From Setoptus koraiensis (taxonomy: Eukaryota > Animalia > Arthropoda), in the NCBI GenBank assembly GCA_048013815.1, contig CM106586.1:12648001-12712000 (forward strand): a stretch of 64,000 bases of DNA, written 5' to 3'. Shown in pieces: positions 49,798 to 60,907 of this stretch (positions are counted from its first letter, which is position 1; each line of letters opens with the position of its first letter). A model generated the notes under the pieces. It did not search any database. It had not been told where the DNA came from and saw only the letters and a list, made by a program, of their open reading frames with translations. Both the position numbers and the translations under genes were made by a program.

Positions 49798-51979
49798 ATG
49801 AATAAATCCACGACACAATTGATACTGGCGATTTTACTAGTTTGTCTCATACTATCACCATTTTTATTTAAGACAAACAAGTCCGACGAGCTAGAATCAG
49901 TTTTATCCCAGAACGACAATATCTGCACAACTCCAGTTTGTTTCGACGCCGGTGAGTGGATAGAGCCTCATCCTCATCTATGACAGTCATGTTTAGCGCT
50001 AAATGACAATCTGTTTATTTGTTTGCACTCACACTTTTTGTGTTTTCAGCCGCCCAGTTGATTAAGAATATAGACAGGACTGTGAATCCATGCGAAGACT
50101 TCTATGAGGTGAGTAATGTTTCACACATAAGTTCACCTTGATACACTGCGGAAAGAAAAGAATCACGAGGTTTGTATTTCAGCTTCTCGAATCTTTGATA
50201 CTTACCTTCTGTAATCGAGGTCATCACAACAATCTACAGAGAACATTCGCTCAAACAACATTTTTGAGTCGTTTTTCCGACACAGTCAAACAAGAATCGA
50301 AGAATTTCAACTGAATACTGTAGAGCATTCTGCTGATTGTCAACACAATTGCGGTGCAAAGGGATACTTTTTTCGAAAAGAGGCACCTGTTGTGTCAAAT
50401 GAGCTTGAAGGCACGAGTGAATAACGGATCAATGTCCACAGCTCAACTTACAAATGATAACTAAAAAATTCTGAAAATCACTCAGACTGCTTGTGATTTT
50501 CTCCCTGAATAATAACTTCTTTTCTTCCGATCTCATATACGGGGTAGTTCGCCTGTGGGAATTGGATGAAACAAAACATTCCTGAGGATGAGGGGACTGA
50601 GTTCTCACCATTTTTACTATTCGCCAATAATATAACGTACGAATTACGTGATTTGCTGGAAAAAGAGACCGACGAATCGCAAAAGGGAACAACTGAGGAC
50701 AAAATGCGTCTTTTCTACAAAAGTTGCATGAGAGAAGGTTAGTATAATTTCACTAGAAGACTCCACATGCCTCACCCGTCGTTGGATGCTAAATCATGAA
50801 AGGCACGCAAAAAGATCTGATATCAAGAGGACACTGTCACTTATACGAGCGATTTTTCTGAATAACTTTTCTTCAATAATGTCTGCTATCAACGATGTTC
50901 TGTTAGGCTCAAATCCACAACCGACGTATTATTTTGAGCTGTATACTAGCATAGAGCGTAGATTGCAAAAATATGAGGCATGTTTAGATTTAGTGCTGCA
51001 TCACTTCAGCCACCCTCTGGCGTTGATGTATTTAAAAAATCATTTCAATTTTGAAAACAAAGAACCTGCTCTTAGAATAGTTATCAATGTGATGCAAGCT
51101 TTCGTCGATACCATCAAGCAAGTTTCGTGGATGGACGAAGAAACAAAGAAGGGGGCTGAGGCCAAGGCGTATGGTATGTCCATTTACATCGGCTTCACAG
51201 ACATATCATTGAACAACAGTTTATCCGAAGAAAAATATAGAAAATTTAACGTCAGTAACGACCTTTTTATGAATGAAAACCATTTAAACAAGTTGTTCAA
51301 TCCACAAGAAAGGTATCTCATATCAAGAGATGTGTGGAGAGTGCTCAAGATTGAACCTTTTTACGTTGACAACGAAAACTCACTGAATATAGCAGCAGTG
51401 CTCCTACGAGGCATTTATTACGATAGAGCCAGACCAAATTATTTAAATTTTGGCACAATTGGCAGCATCGCTGGTCACGAGATCGGGCACGCCTTCGACG
51501 AAAACTGCAGAAAAAAAGATAAAGATGGTAAATTAAATGACTGGTGGAGCGAAGAGGCCAGTCGACAGTTTGAAGAACGCTCAAAATGTTTCGTTGACCA
51601 GTATGGCAAATATCTAGAGCCAGACAGTAAATTGTATGTAAACGGTAGTCTCACTTTAAGTGAGAACATTTCCGACAATCTTGGCTTCAAAATTGCCTTT
51701 CGGGCTTACAATAACTGGGCTAAAAAGAACGGAGAAGAGCCCTTGTTGCCCGGTCTGACAGATTTGACTCCTCGTCAGTTGTTCTGGGTGTCAACAGCCA
51801 ACGTGTTTTGCACTAAGTACACCCCAGAGTTTTTGAAAAAGTACATGTCAACAAACATGCACAGCCCGAAGAGATTCCGAATAAATGGAGCGTTTTCCAA
51901 CTTAAAAGAGTTCAGCGAAACCTTCAGCTGTCCTGTAAATTCACCCATGAATCCGCTCAACAAGTGTACAGTCTATTGA
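49798..51979 (+). CDS. Neprilysin-family (M13) metallopeptidase lacking the central subdomain, copy 1 (~491 aa)
   Basis: Exons 49798-49951, 50050-50108, 50548-50737 and probably 50907-51979 (alternative acceptor 50850). CTTPVC, PCEDFYEFACG, GHEIGHAFD, ENISDNLG, HSP and terminal KCTVY. Confidence 0.93.
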
Positions 51980-52133
51980 TGAGTTGCTAGATATCAGCCG
52001 AATTAGATATACTAGAAAAAAAAGTTTTCGCCGAGGATGCAAGATTTTTCGCCGCATCAGCACGTCATAGCGATTTCAAGTGCGATGCATTCTGGATGCG
52101 ATACGATAATGCCGTTTCGTCATATTTTGTCAC

Positions 52134-52164
52134 GACACAACTTGTGACTCACAAGTTGTGAGTC
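52134..52164. repeat. Overlapping double palindrome
   Basis: CACAACTTGTGA-C-TCACAAGTTGTG (12-bp arms) overlaps GACTCACAA-G-TTGTGAGTC (9-bp arms). Confidence 0.9.
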
Positions 52165-52963
52165 TTTCAAGTAGCCCTCAAGCTGTTGATTGGTGCCGTT
52201 AATGGTTTATCTTCAAATTTAGATGGTAGATAACTGTGTGCATAAAAGCAAACAATCGTTCACTATACTACAGCTATTCAGAAGAGCGGTTTTGAAGGAT
52301 ATGCCCGCCAACGATTGTCGGGATGGAGCAATCAAAAGATCTGATAGCAGTTGGAGTGATATGGTTAGGGTGTCCTGTCATCACGATGCAGCATCGTAGA
52401 GGCTTAGGGCATCTGCTGACAAGAAAGGAAAAGAAAAAATTATTGGCAAATAAACTAAATCTCTGCGATCAGTAAACAACTTTTCTATACATTTCGCTTC
52501 GGGGTATTGCATAATAAACTGATGATTGATATTGTCTAGGTAAGCACTTTTTGTGACACTAAGAAATTAAGATTCAAAGAGCATTCCTCTTATCTTGTCT
52601 GACTCTCTATCCGTCTGTTAGGATCACATATAATCTTACAGTTGAGCTGCTACTCTCGTGAATGCAAGCACTTATAATCATCGCATCTGTCTCTAGCTAT
52701 AAAAATACGATTAATGCATAATCATATTGTTGATCCTTTTGTTGATTGCAACAGGATCAAATACAACAAGGTCGTCTCAACAGAACCAATGATGGACGAA
52801 TATATCACAAGATTACTGTCACTTTTAATTGCAACCAGCCATCAACAACCAGTGAAGAGCTCAAGGGGCGTCGAGTGAATTAATGTCGCAATCATATATC
52901 GCGACAACTGTCGATTTTAGTTGAAAATAATTTCAAAACAACTAACATTTTGATATTAATAAA

Positions 52964-54950
52964 ATGTACAATACTAGTGTCAAAGGATTGATTTTGACAA
53001 AAATTCTGGCATTCTGCCTCATCGGAGCAAGCGTTTGTTGTTCATCAATCATTTCGAATGTCTCATTAGAGTTGAATTATAACAAAACAAATCCGAACAA
53101 TGCATCATTGTCAACGCATTCACCGTATCAATCAAATAGGAATCAGACCTCAACGAACGATTATAAAGAACCCAGTTCACCAATCAATGGAACTGCCAAT
53201 ATTTGCAAAAATCCGAATTGCCTGAAGTCGGGTAAGTGAACGCTCAGAATTTTCAAATCTATTCGTTAGAGACAACATTTAGTTATGTTTTGCGATACAA
53301 AGTATTTATTGGCAATCTGTTTCATCCCAATCTATGAATTGACATTCAAGCTGATAGAATATTGAAAACTATGGATAGTTCTGTGCAGCCATGCGATGAT
53401 TTCTATCAGGTAAATGGTTAAAATTATAAGTGGTCTTCCGCAATCTCTACCATTGATTAGAAAACGTGAATCAATAATCTTTACTCAAAATTCTTATTCA
53501 TCGCAGTATGCCTGCGGCAATTGGATCAACTCAAGTATCGTACCTAATGACAGATTAGAGTTAAATCAGTTTACTCAACCTATTCAAGATATGTTAGAAA
53601 GATTCTTTGAAATTGTAGAAAGAGAAACCAACGAGTCGGACAAGAATACGACTGAGGGGAAGATGCGACTTTTTTACAAGAGTTGCATGAAAAATCGTGA
53701 GTATTTCGACCATATTGCAATACTTTTTTTTTGTGATTTGGGCACCTCCTTCGATTTGTTATATAAATTTATAGTCAGCAAACAATTGAGTTGATATGTT
53801 AATAACATATTGATTCCCACATTCTCGTTGTTGCTGTCTTCGCTTTTATTCAGGAACACCTCCTGCAAAGTTGGGATCTTCAAGAGTTCTGAAACCTATT
53901 CTTGGTCAGCAGTATAAACCAACAACAAGGAGAGAACAATGTTTAGAGATTGCAATGATATCTTTTAACCAGCCTTTTTCATTAGCATATTTGAAAAAAA
54001 TTGCTCACTTCAAAACAGACACTAAAACTGTTCAGGACTTGATTCCGCATGTGAAAGACGAATTCATCGCGATAATAAAACAAACTGCATGGTTGGATGA
54101 GGAGACGAGGAAGGGTGCTGAGGCAAAAGTCAACAACATCTCTCATTGGATCAACTTCGATGGAGAATTGATGAACGAGACTAGCTCAGAAGAAGCATAC
54201 AAAAACTTACGTATCGGTCCCAATTTTCAAGCTAACATGAGAGCCTTTGGGCAATTTTTCATGCACGAAAATGAAGACATTTGGGGAAAAAGAATTGAAG
54301 CAATGTTCAGAGCAATCAAGATGAATCCTTTTTACACAGAAGACGACAATACAATTCATGTTTCGACAGAATTCATTCGAGCTGTTCACTACGATAAAGC
54401 AAGACCAAATTATCTAAATTTTGGCACAGTTGGCAGTGCGATAGGTCACGAGATCGGACATGCCCTAGACGAAAGTCGCAGAGAGAGCGATAAAGATGGT
54501 AAATCAACTAATTGGTGGGGCGAAGAGGCCAGTCGACAGTTTGAGGAACGCTCGAAATGTCTTATTGACCAATATGGCAAATATCTAGATCCAGATAGTA
54601 AAATGTATGTAAACGGTAATCTCACTTTAGATGAGAACATTTCGGACAATCTTGGCTTCAAAATTGCCTTTCGGGCTTACAATAACTGGGCTAAAAAGAA
54701 CGGAGAAGAGCCCTTGTTGCCCGGTCTGACAGATTTGACTCCTCGTCAGTTGTTCTGGGTGTCAACAGCCAATATGTTCTGCACCAAATATGATCCATAT
54801 CTCTTAAAACAATATCTGCTCGAAAATCCTCACTCTCCGAGGAAATTGCGGATAAATGGTGCATTGTCCAATATTAAAGAGTTCAGCGATACATTCAATT
54901 GTCCGACCGGTTCACCAATGAATCCCATCACCAAGTGTATTGTCTGGTGA
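52964..54950 (+). CDS. Neprilysin-family (M13) metallopeptidase lacking the central subdomain, copy 2 (537 aa)
   Basis: Exons 52964-53231, 53351-53409, 53507-53696 and 53854-54950; internal exons of 59 and 190 nt match copy 1 exactly. GHEIGHALD, ENISDNLG, HSP and KCIVW. Confidence 0.93.
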
Positions 54951-55970
54951 TGGGTGTTTTATACACTGATAGGGCTCTTGGTGATATCCTGTATCGGAAA
55001 TATTTTGTCGCATGAGCAAAAAAATACTCCAGATACTTTGGTCCCCTACAGAACTAGAGATATTCACACGTTATCATAAAGGTTCGGGTCTCGACATTCG
55101 CAGAGGCTTCCTTACATGGATTTTTTAACAATCCAAGGAGAGAAACTCATCTCCGTCAATGCTATTTGATAAGATTCTTAGTTCTAGTTTATACATACTT
55201 TGCCATGGATACCAGACGAGACAAACTTCAAATATCACCCGTAAACGAAGAAAAAGATCCCAAAAAGACCGGCCTGTCATCATGAGCATGAACCTGTTGA
55301 CTCAGACATTTGACTTCGTTGATTACACTCTAATTTTTTCCATTATCGTTGCTGCTACGTAGCGCATATACAATAAACATGAAAGAAATCATAGGATCGC
55401 GACAGCCGTTTTTTCCAACCAGTCAAATATTACAACTTCTTGTGAGCTTGAAACATCTTAGCGTTTTCAAATGTATGAGAATTGAACAAGATAGAGCAAT
55501 CCAATGATGACTACTCATCCACATTCAAGAGGCTTCTGAAAAAAGAATAAGATTCAAAATTTCTGTCCTCTGCAATTAGTGTGATATAGAAAAACAGAAA
55601 GAACAATATTCATACAAACAAATGTCAAGAGGAGCCCCAACATTTGTCATCATGTTCTACGGACGATTCATTTCGCCCATTCGTTGCAGCAAAAGATGAT
55701 CAACTATGAGAAATCGGGGCAGCATTTCCGAACCACGATCTCCCTGCCTCAGTCGACTGACTGGATGAATACCGTTGCGGAAGCTTCGATATAAATTCAA
55801 AAAGAGGGCAACCCAGCGGAAAACCCGTCAGACATATGAAGCTCTCTAGTGGAGATAGGCGTAAATTTTTGAAAACATTTGAGCGATGTACAGTTTATAA
55901 ATGAGCGTAGTTTTCTCGCGACCTGCAGTTTTTGAGACTATTTTCAACAACCGCAAAGAAATATCAGAAT

Positions 55971-56064
55971 ATTGATGAAAAGAAACTTGTCCGATTTGGT
56001 CTGATGAAAGGTATGATTCGACGATTACACAAGTATCCTGTTATCGAGCACAGTGAATACATGA
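55971..56064 (+). pseudogene. NPRL2: NPRL2 remnant (31 codons)
   Basis: Translates to IDEKKLVRFGLMKGMIRRLHKYPVIEHSEYM, matching the intact gene at ~45160-45254; both flanks are deleted. Confidence 0.93.
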
Positions 56065-56114
56065 CAAATACAAGATACTATAATATACAATCGTAGCCAC
56101 GACTGGCCCTCGAC

Positions 56115-56753
56115 CTAAGTCTTTAGCCGTCTATTTTCTCTAAGTGCTTGCTGTCGATCGTTTTCGTCTGCGTTGAAGTAGGAAGATTGATTTAGCAGAT
56201 AATCGCCATCAATTGCCTCAGGAGGTGCTGTAATTATTTCAGCCACATTACCATAAATATCGGCAGACAATTTCGACGGTGGATAATTGAGACCTTCGTC
56301 GCTGACTTGTATCTTTGCGCTTACGTAGCGTTGATTTGGCGGTGGTCCACTAACTTTGCCGTGGACTGTCTTTTCTGTCAATGTGAACTTATCATCGGAC
56401 CGATCGTTTACTCTCATCGAGGCCGACGTAATTTGTGTACCGTGAGTAAATTTCCGTGGTGGCTTTCGTTTTTTAGGTGGCGAGGGTGCCTTGAATTTTC
56501 CAACAACAACCTGGCTACCGTCATTATGATTGGTGCTGATCGGAGAGGTCTCATCTGTTTTGCTTGTTGACGCTGTTTGCGATGATGCAGACATTTGCAG
56601 TGGTCTACTATTAGAAGTATCTAATTGTTGTTGATTATTGTGGTGACGTTTGCGAAGAGCATGACGCTGATGATATGACATGGCCATTGGGTAAGCTTGA
56701 CTGGCCAGTATAACTAGGAGACAATTTAGTGTGATACTTGTTAGTAAGTGCAT
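56115..56753 (-). CDS. Secreted orphan protein, family copy C (212 aa)
   Basis: One amino-acid difference seen versus copy B (PPKKRK vs PPKTRK); ATG at 56753. Confidence 0.85.
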   Translation of the reverse strand: MHLLTSITLNCLLVILASQAYPMAMSYHQRHALRKRHHNNQQQLDTSNSRPLQMSASSQTASTSKTDETSPISTNHNDGSQVVVGKFKAPSPPKKRKPPRKFTHGTQITSASMRVNDRSDDKFTLTEKTVHGKVSGPPPNQRYVSAKIQVSDEGLNYPPSKLSADIYGNVAEIITAPPEAIDGDYLLNQSSYFNADENDRQQALRENRRLKT

Positions 56754-57696
56754 GTTGAGTGTGATGAATTTGTGATTCGCAATGAATTTATTGATTTGTA
56801 AGTCATTGATGAAGTAAGCAATATTCATCTATATCTACGTTGCACTCATTGTGTTGACCTGGTCACTTTGGTAATCACTTGATTACTCTGGTCGTTCATT
56901 GCTTGAATTGCCTCAAATCTGTCTAACTTTCATCGTGTCAAAACGGCGACTAATCAGATGTAAAAGTAAGCAAATTGTTGATCAAAACTTTGGTGGAAAT
57001 TCCTTCGGTAACACTCGACTGTGTCACTACTCAGGTGAACGTCTAGTGATGCTACATAAAATTTCACAACCAAGATCCGAGCTGGTTGTGTTCAGCTCAT
57101 TCGTCATTGCTGCAATCAGAAGGAATGTATACAGTTAGTTTTGATAAATGCTTTTCTATAGATACAACTGACACATGTAATAGATGAAGATATCGTTGTC
57201 TTGTTGTTGTTATTGTTTTCTAGTTTGTTGGTAGAAAACTTTGTCGATCAGTTGCAATGGCTATTCATTAGACATCTATCCTGACATTACGACTGAAAAC
57301 TGGAGAGAGAAACTTAGCGAATGCCGCCAACTCGGATGAAACAATCAACCTGTCGACAACAAACAACAAACAATCAACAGGTACATGGCAATTAATACTG
57401 CACACAATTGTATCAACTTTCAAGGTGTACTGATTCCCGTGTTCGTAGCTGCAAGATAAATGACAACTACGACAATCAACTGCGATGTTCTCGCATGTGC
57501 TAACTTCCTGAATCATGCCTAGACGACACTGATCAACTGTTCATCGAACATTATTGAAAGTTGAATAACAACAATTACTAATTAGCGAGCCAGGATAAAA
57601 TCGATGATACACAGAAGAAACTAAACCTCACCAAGGTCATATTTATAACAAATTAATTTATCTTCTTTTCATTGACAGATCTATTCACAGAAATTA

Positions 57697-58855
57697 TCAC
57701 TTTGCTGCCTTGCCAAATAAGAGGCCAAAATAAACAGAGATAAACTGCGCTATTTGATTATCGCCTTGCTTTCTTTTAGGTTTGTACGAAGCTGGTGGCA
57801 AGGCTTTTTCACATATGTTCGAAGATGGACTAAAAACATGCTCCGGACATATTTGAGCAATGAATCCACCGAATGTATTCAGAATATATGTTTCAAATGC
57901 TTCATATGCATCTTTTCCGCAAGCAGTTGTCACGAAATTTTTGGTACATCTTTGCCACTGAGTGAATCCACAACAGCCAGTGTCGTATCTATCGTCTTGA
58001 GTAACTCTTGAGGTGCTATTGAAATAATCGATCGTGGCAATAAACTTGTCCAAGCAATGTGTTTTATAATTGACAGTCTCCAACACTTCATCTACCAAAC
58101 AAGATGAGTAATTGAGAAATTCTGAATATGAGGATTATATATTATGTTAATATTGAGTTTGGTACGTGAAGTTTGATTAAAGAAATGCGAGAATCATCGA
58201 ATTGTCGAACTCACTCTGTTTGTCCTCGGTAGTGTTACAAAACTCCTTAATGGTCTTTGAGATGGGTTCTAGGAAAAATTCAGACAATTCCTTCTGAATA
58301 GGAGTGGCGCATTTTTTTATATAGGTATTTTGACATTCGGCGACACCATCGAAGAAACTTTGTTTGAAAGTTGACAGTTTGTATTAGAAAATCTAATTGT
58401 TACCTATTGAACTAGACTGTTTATACGAAATGCCAATCTACTCACTTGCATAGGCTTTCAATACCCTCTTTGGTTTTGATTACATCAGTTGGCTGGTTCA
58501 CCTTACCATAAGCTAGAACCGTTCCATAACACTTATCTATTTCCTTGCCATGACATTCATCAACTTTTCCTCTACTTCTTGTTCGTGGAGAGGTTCCTCT
58601 CTGTCTGATCGGACGTTGAGCTTGACTATTACTCAATGATCCGGACACCGACACAAGAGGCACAACAACGAGGGCTATGATAATCAGTCCAACTCTAAAC
58701 TCTTAAGTTGTAGATCATTTTAAAGATTTTTTGTCATTATAAGGAAGGGTGAATCGTTGATATTTGTACAAAGCGTATTAATCACTATATCCCGCTATGG
58801 ATACTATGGTCTAGTTCTTCAATAATTGTGACTAGTTCTCACCTGAATTTAACAT
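57697..58855 (-). CDS. Cysteine-rich secreted protein (278 aa, four exons)
   Basis: Exons 58855-58843, 58701-58446, 58357-58215 and 58121-57697 splice in frame. Signal peptide, spaced cysteines including CC, and a C-terminal CEKALPP...FISVYF pattern like the Cys-rich helical secreted proteins expanded in ticks and mites (family assignment from recall). Confidence 0.8.
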
Positions 58856-60756
58856 GCTTCAAATTTGACGGAATGAACTATTGAAAGGATATATGGACTT
58901 TTATTGATTACGATAATATGATATATGGTATACCAAACAACTAATTGGTAGACTGCCTAATCAACTGAAAAAGAAGGTGAGTGAAATTGAGAGGAAGATA
59001 GAAATTGAATTGGTTAGATTAGAAAATATGTCAAGTTTCAGATGTGAATAGCCTTGTCTCACACTTTCTCACAACTCACTTGATAACCGCTGTATTACGT
59101 ATAGTGTATGTAAATTACGATTTGCGACAACTGCTATAACTGTATGATATGATTTACGCCCATAATCTCGTAGTTAACTGACAACATGTGAAATTTAGCT
59201 CGAGCATGTTTTGTTGTTTGTTTTAAATTATAAGTGCGCAATTTATATGATATGTAAATTACATCATGTAATAGACAAGCACAATTAATCATTTAAATTG
59301 ATGATCTCCCAAGCCCAGTTGGAGATACTTTTTCTTGATGATTTGTACCAATATTATTTTTTTTTTTATCGAAATGAGTTTCTCTAAGTTGAGGTAGCCA
59401 CTTACACATAGTTACTCGAACCAGTAGCTCATTGAGTTTGTCCACTGTAGATATTTGCCGCCAGGTACATATAATGAGGAGGTGAGGTGAGGTGTACCTC
59501 GGCATAGATAAGGAAAGGATGAGAAAACGAGGAAAACACGTTATTTCTATTCGAAACAAGGACGAAAAACGTGGAGTTTTCTATGTCGTTGCGTTTTTCT
59601 TATCGATGTGGATCCAGTGCCATAATTACTGGGCTTGTTCCAGGATTCTACCTCGTACCCAGTTCTTGGAGGCCTCGAAACTCCCTTTGATATGGCTACT
59701 TGTTGCCTGATTATATTTTCAGAATGATTTAAATCGGCGTTTTCGCACCATTCATGCACATATAATCACACATCTCGAGTTTGAAAGCCCATTCCATATG
59801 TACCCAGCACATTGCTCAAGGACATTTTCTCCAAAGTAATGTCCTCTGGAATATCAGAAAATATGTCGATTATTACTAGAGCGGACAAATTGATTGTTAA
59901 CAGATGGCTCATCCTTGTATCACGCCTAATCTGATGATAGTAGAGTTTGCTCAAGTTGGATACTGTTGTTATCCAACTCTTTGTGTAGTAATTTGATAAT
60001 TTGGTTCATTCGTACAAAGCAATTTTGGCTCTGTTTTATCGCTCGATCAAAGTGATCATACTGATGCATTATTTATCTCGCATTACGGCAACAAGTGCAA
60101 TTTGGATTGTCTAACTTGAGAGATGAAAAAAGTTTGTATCTCTCTTGAAAAAAAAAATATCTTGTTTATAGATTCGTTCTTTCTCATTGGTTTTTCGCCA
60201 TGACGTCAACAAACGACTTCAGTCCGACACTGTACGTAAGACACCGAAATCGGATTATCTGTTGCTCGTCTAATTATAAATGTATTTTGTTATTCCTGTG
60301 CTAGTTCCAACTTGGATCTTCCAAGATATCACCGGTCTGCGCAAAGAACTTTGGACGATTAGCATTTTCTACTCGTGGCCACAATTTTCTTTCGTACGTT
60401 CAACGATCCTTGGATTGTTTACTGGTCATCCGGTATTCAGGCAGAGCTTGAACCTCCTCGTGACTGGCCCGATTCTTTCTTTCGGAGCTGATTATCCGCA
60501 TTATCGAAATGCTCGTCGTAGCACCGTTATATCATTCGAATCCAGCCAGACCAGCATAATGGTCAAGGACAATGCTAGAGACTGCAGGGTTGCGATCAGT
60601 TTCAGGAGGATAGATACTCGGTCAAAGGTGCACAGGTGCAGTGGACTTTCCAATGCTGTTGTGGAAAAGTTAAGAGTGATCGGTGCTCATGGGTGTTATC
60701 AGTTTTTTGCTGTTGTTGCATGTCATTGCTCTTGTGACTCGGGAGCCTCGAGACAA

Positions 60757-60907
60757 CTCCCACCATCAAAGATGGGAGATCAAACACCTCCCATCTCTTT
60801 CGTCCGTCGCCAAAAATAAGCCAGCCGCGAGACGTCCCGCTGGCTGGCTTATTTTTTCTTGGGTACCGTTAATATTGGCAAAAAGTTAAACTGGTTGCCA
60901 GCTTTTT
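60757..60907. other. Cluster of three strong hairpins
   Basis: AGATGGGAG/CTCCCATCT (with a competing CTCCCA), a perfect 15-bp stem AAAAATAAGCCAGCC/GGCTGGCTTATTTTT, and AAAAAG..CTGG/CCAG-CTTTTT. Confidence 0.85.

Larger units (their letters stand above)
55818..57565 (-). repeat. Right arm of the outer inverted duplication (two internal deletions)
   Basis: Inverted copy of 43446-46473 lacking about 44947-45159 and 45255-46320. Confidence 0.95.

Noticed and set aside
59700-60760. Several in-frame TGA codons that read well as Trp, suggesting a UGA=Trp code (mollicute or mitovirus origin)
   Set aside because: TAA and TAG stops interrupt the same frames, TGG is also used, and the region is not strongly AT-rich; ordinary decay explains it.
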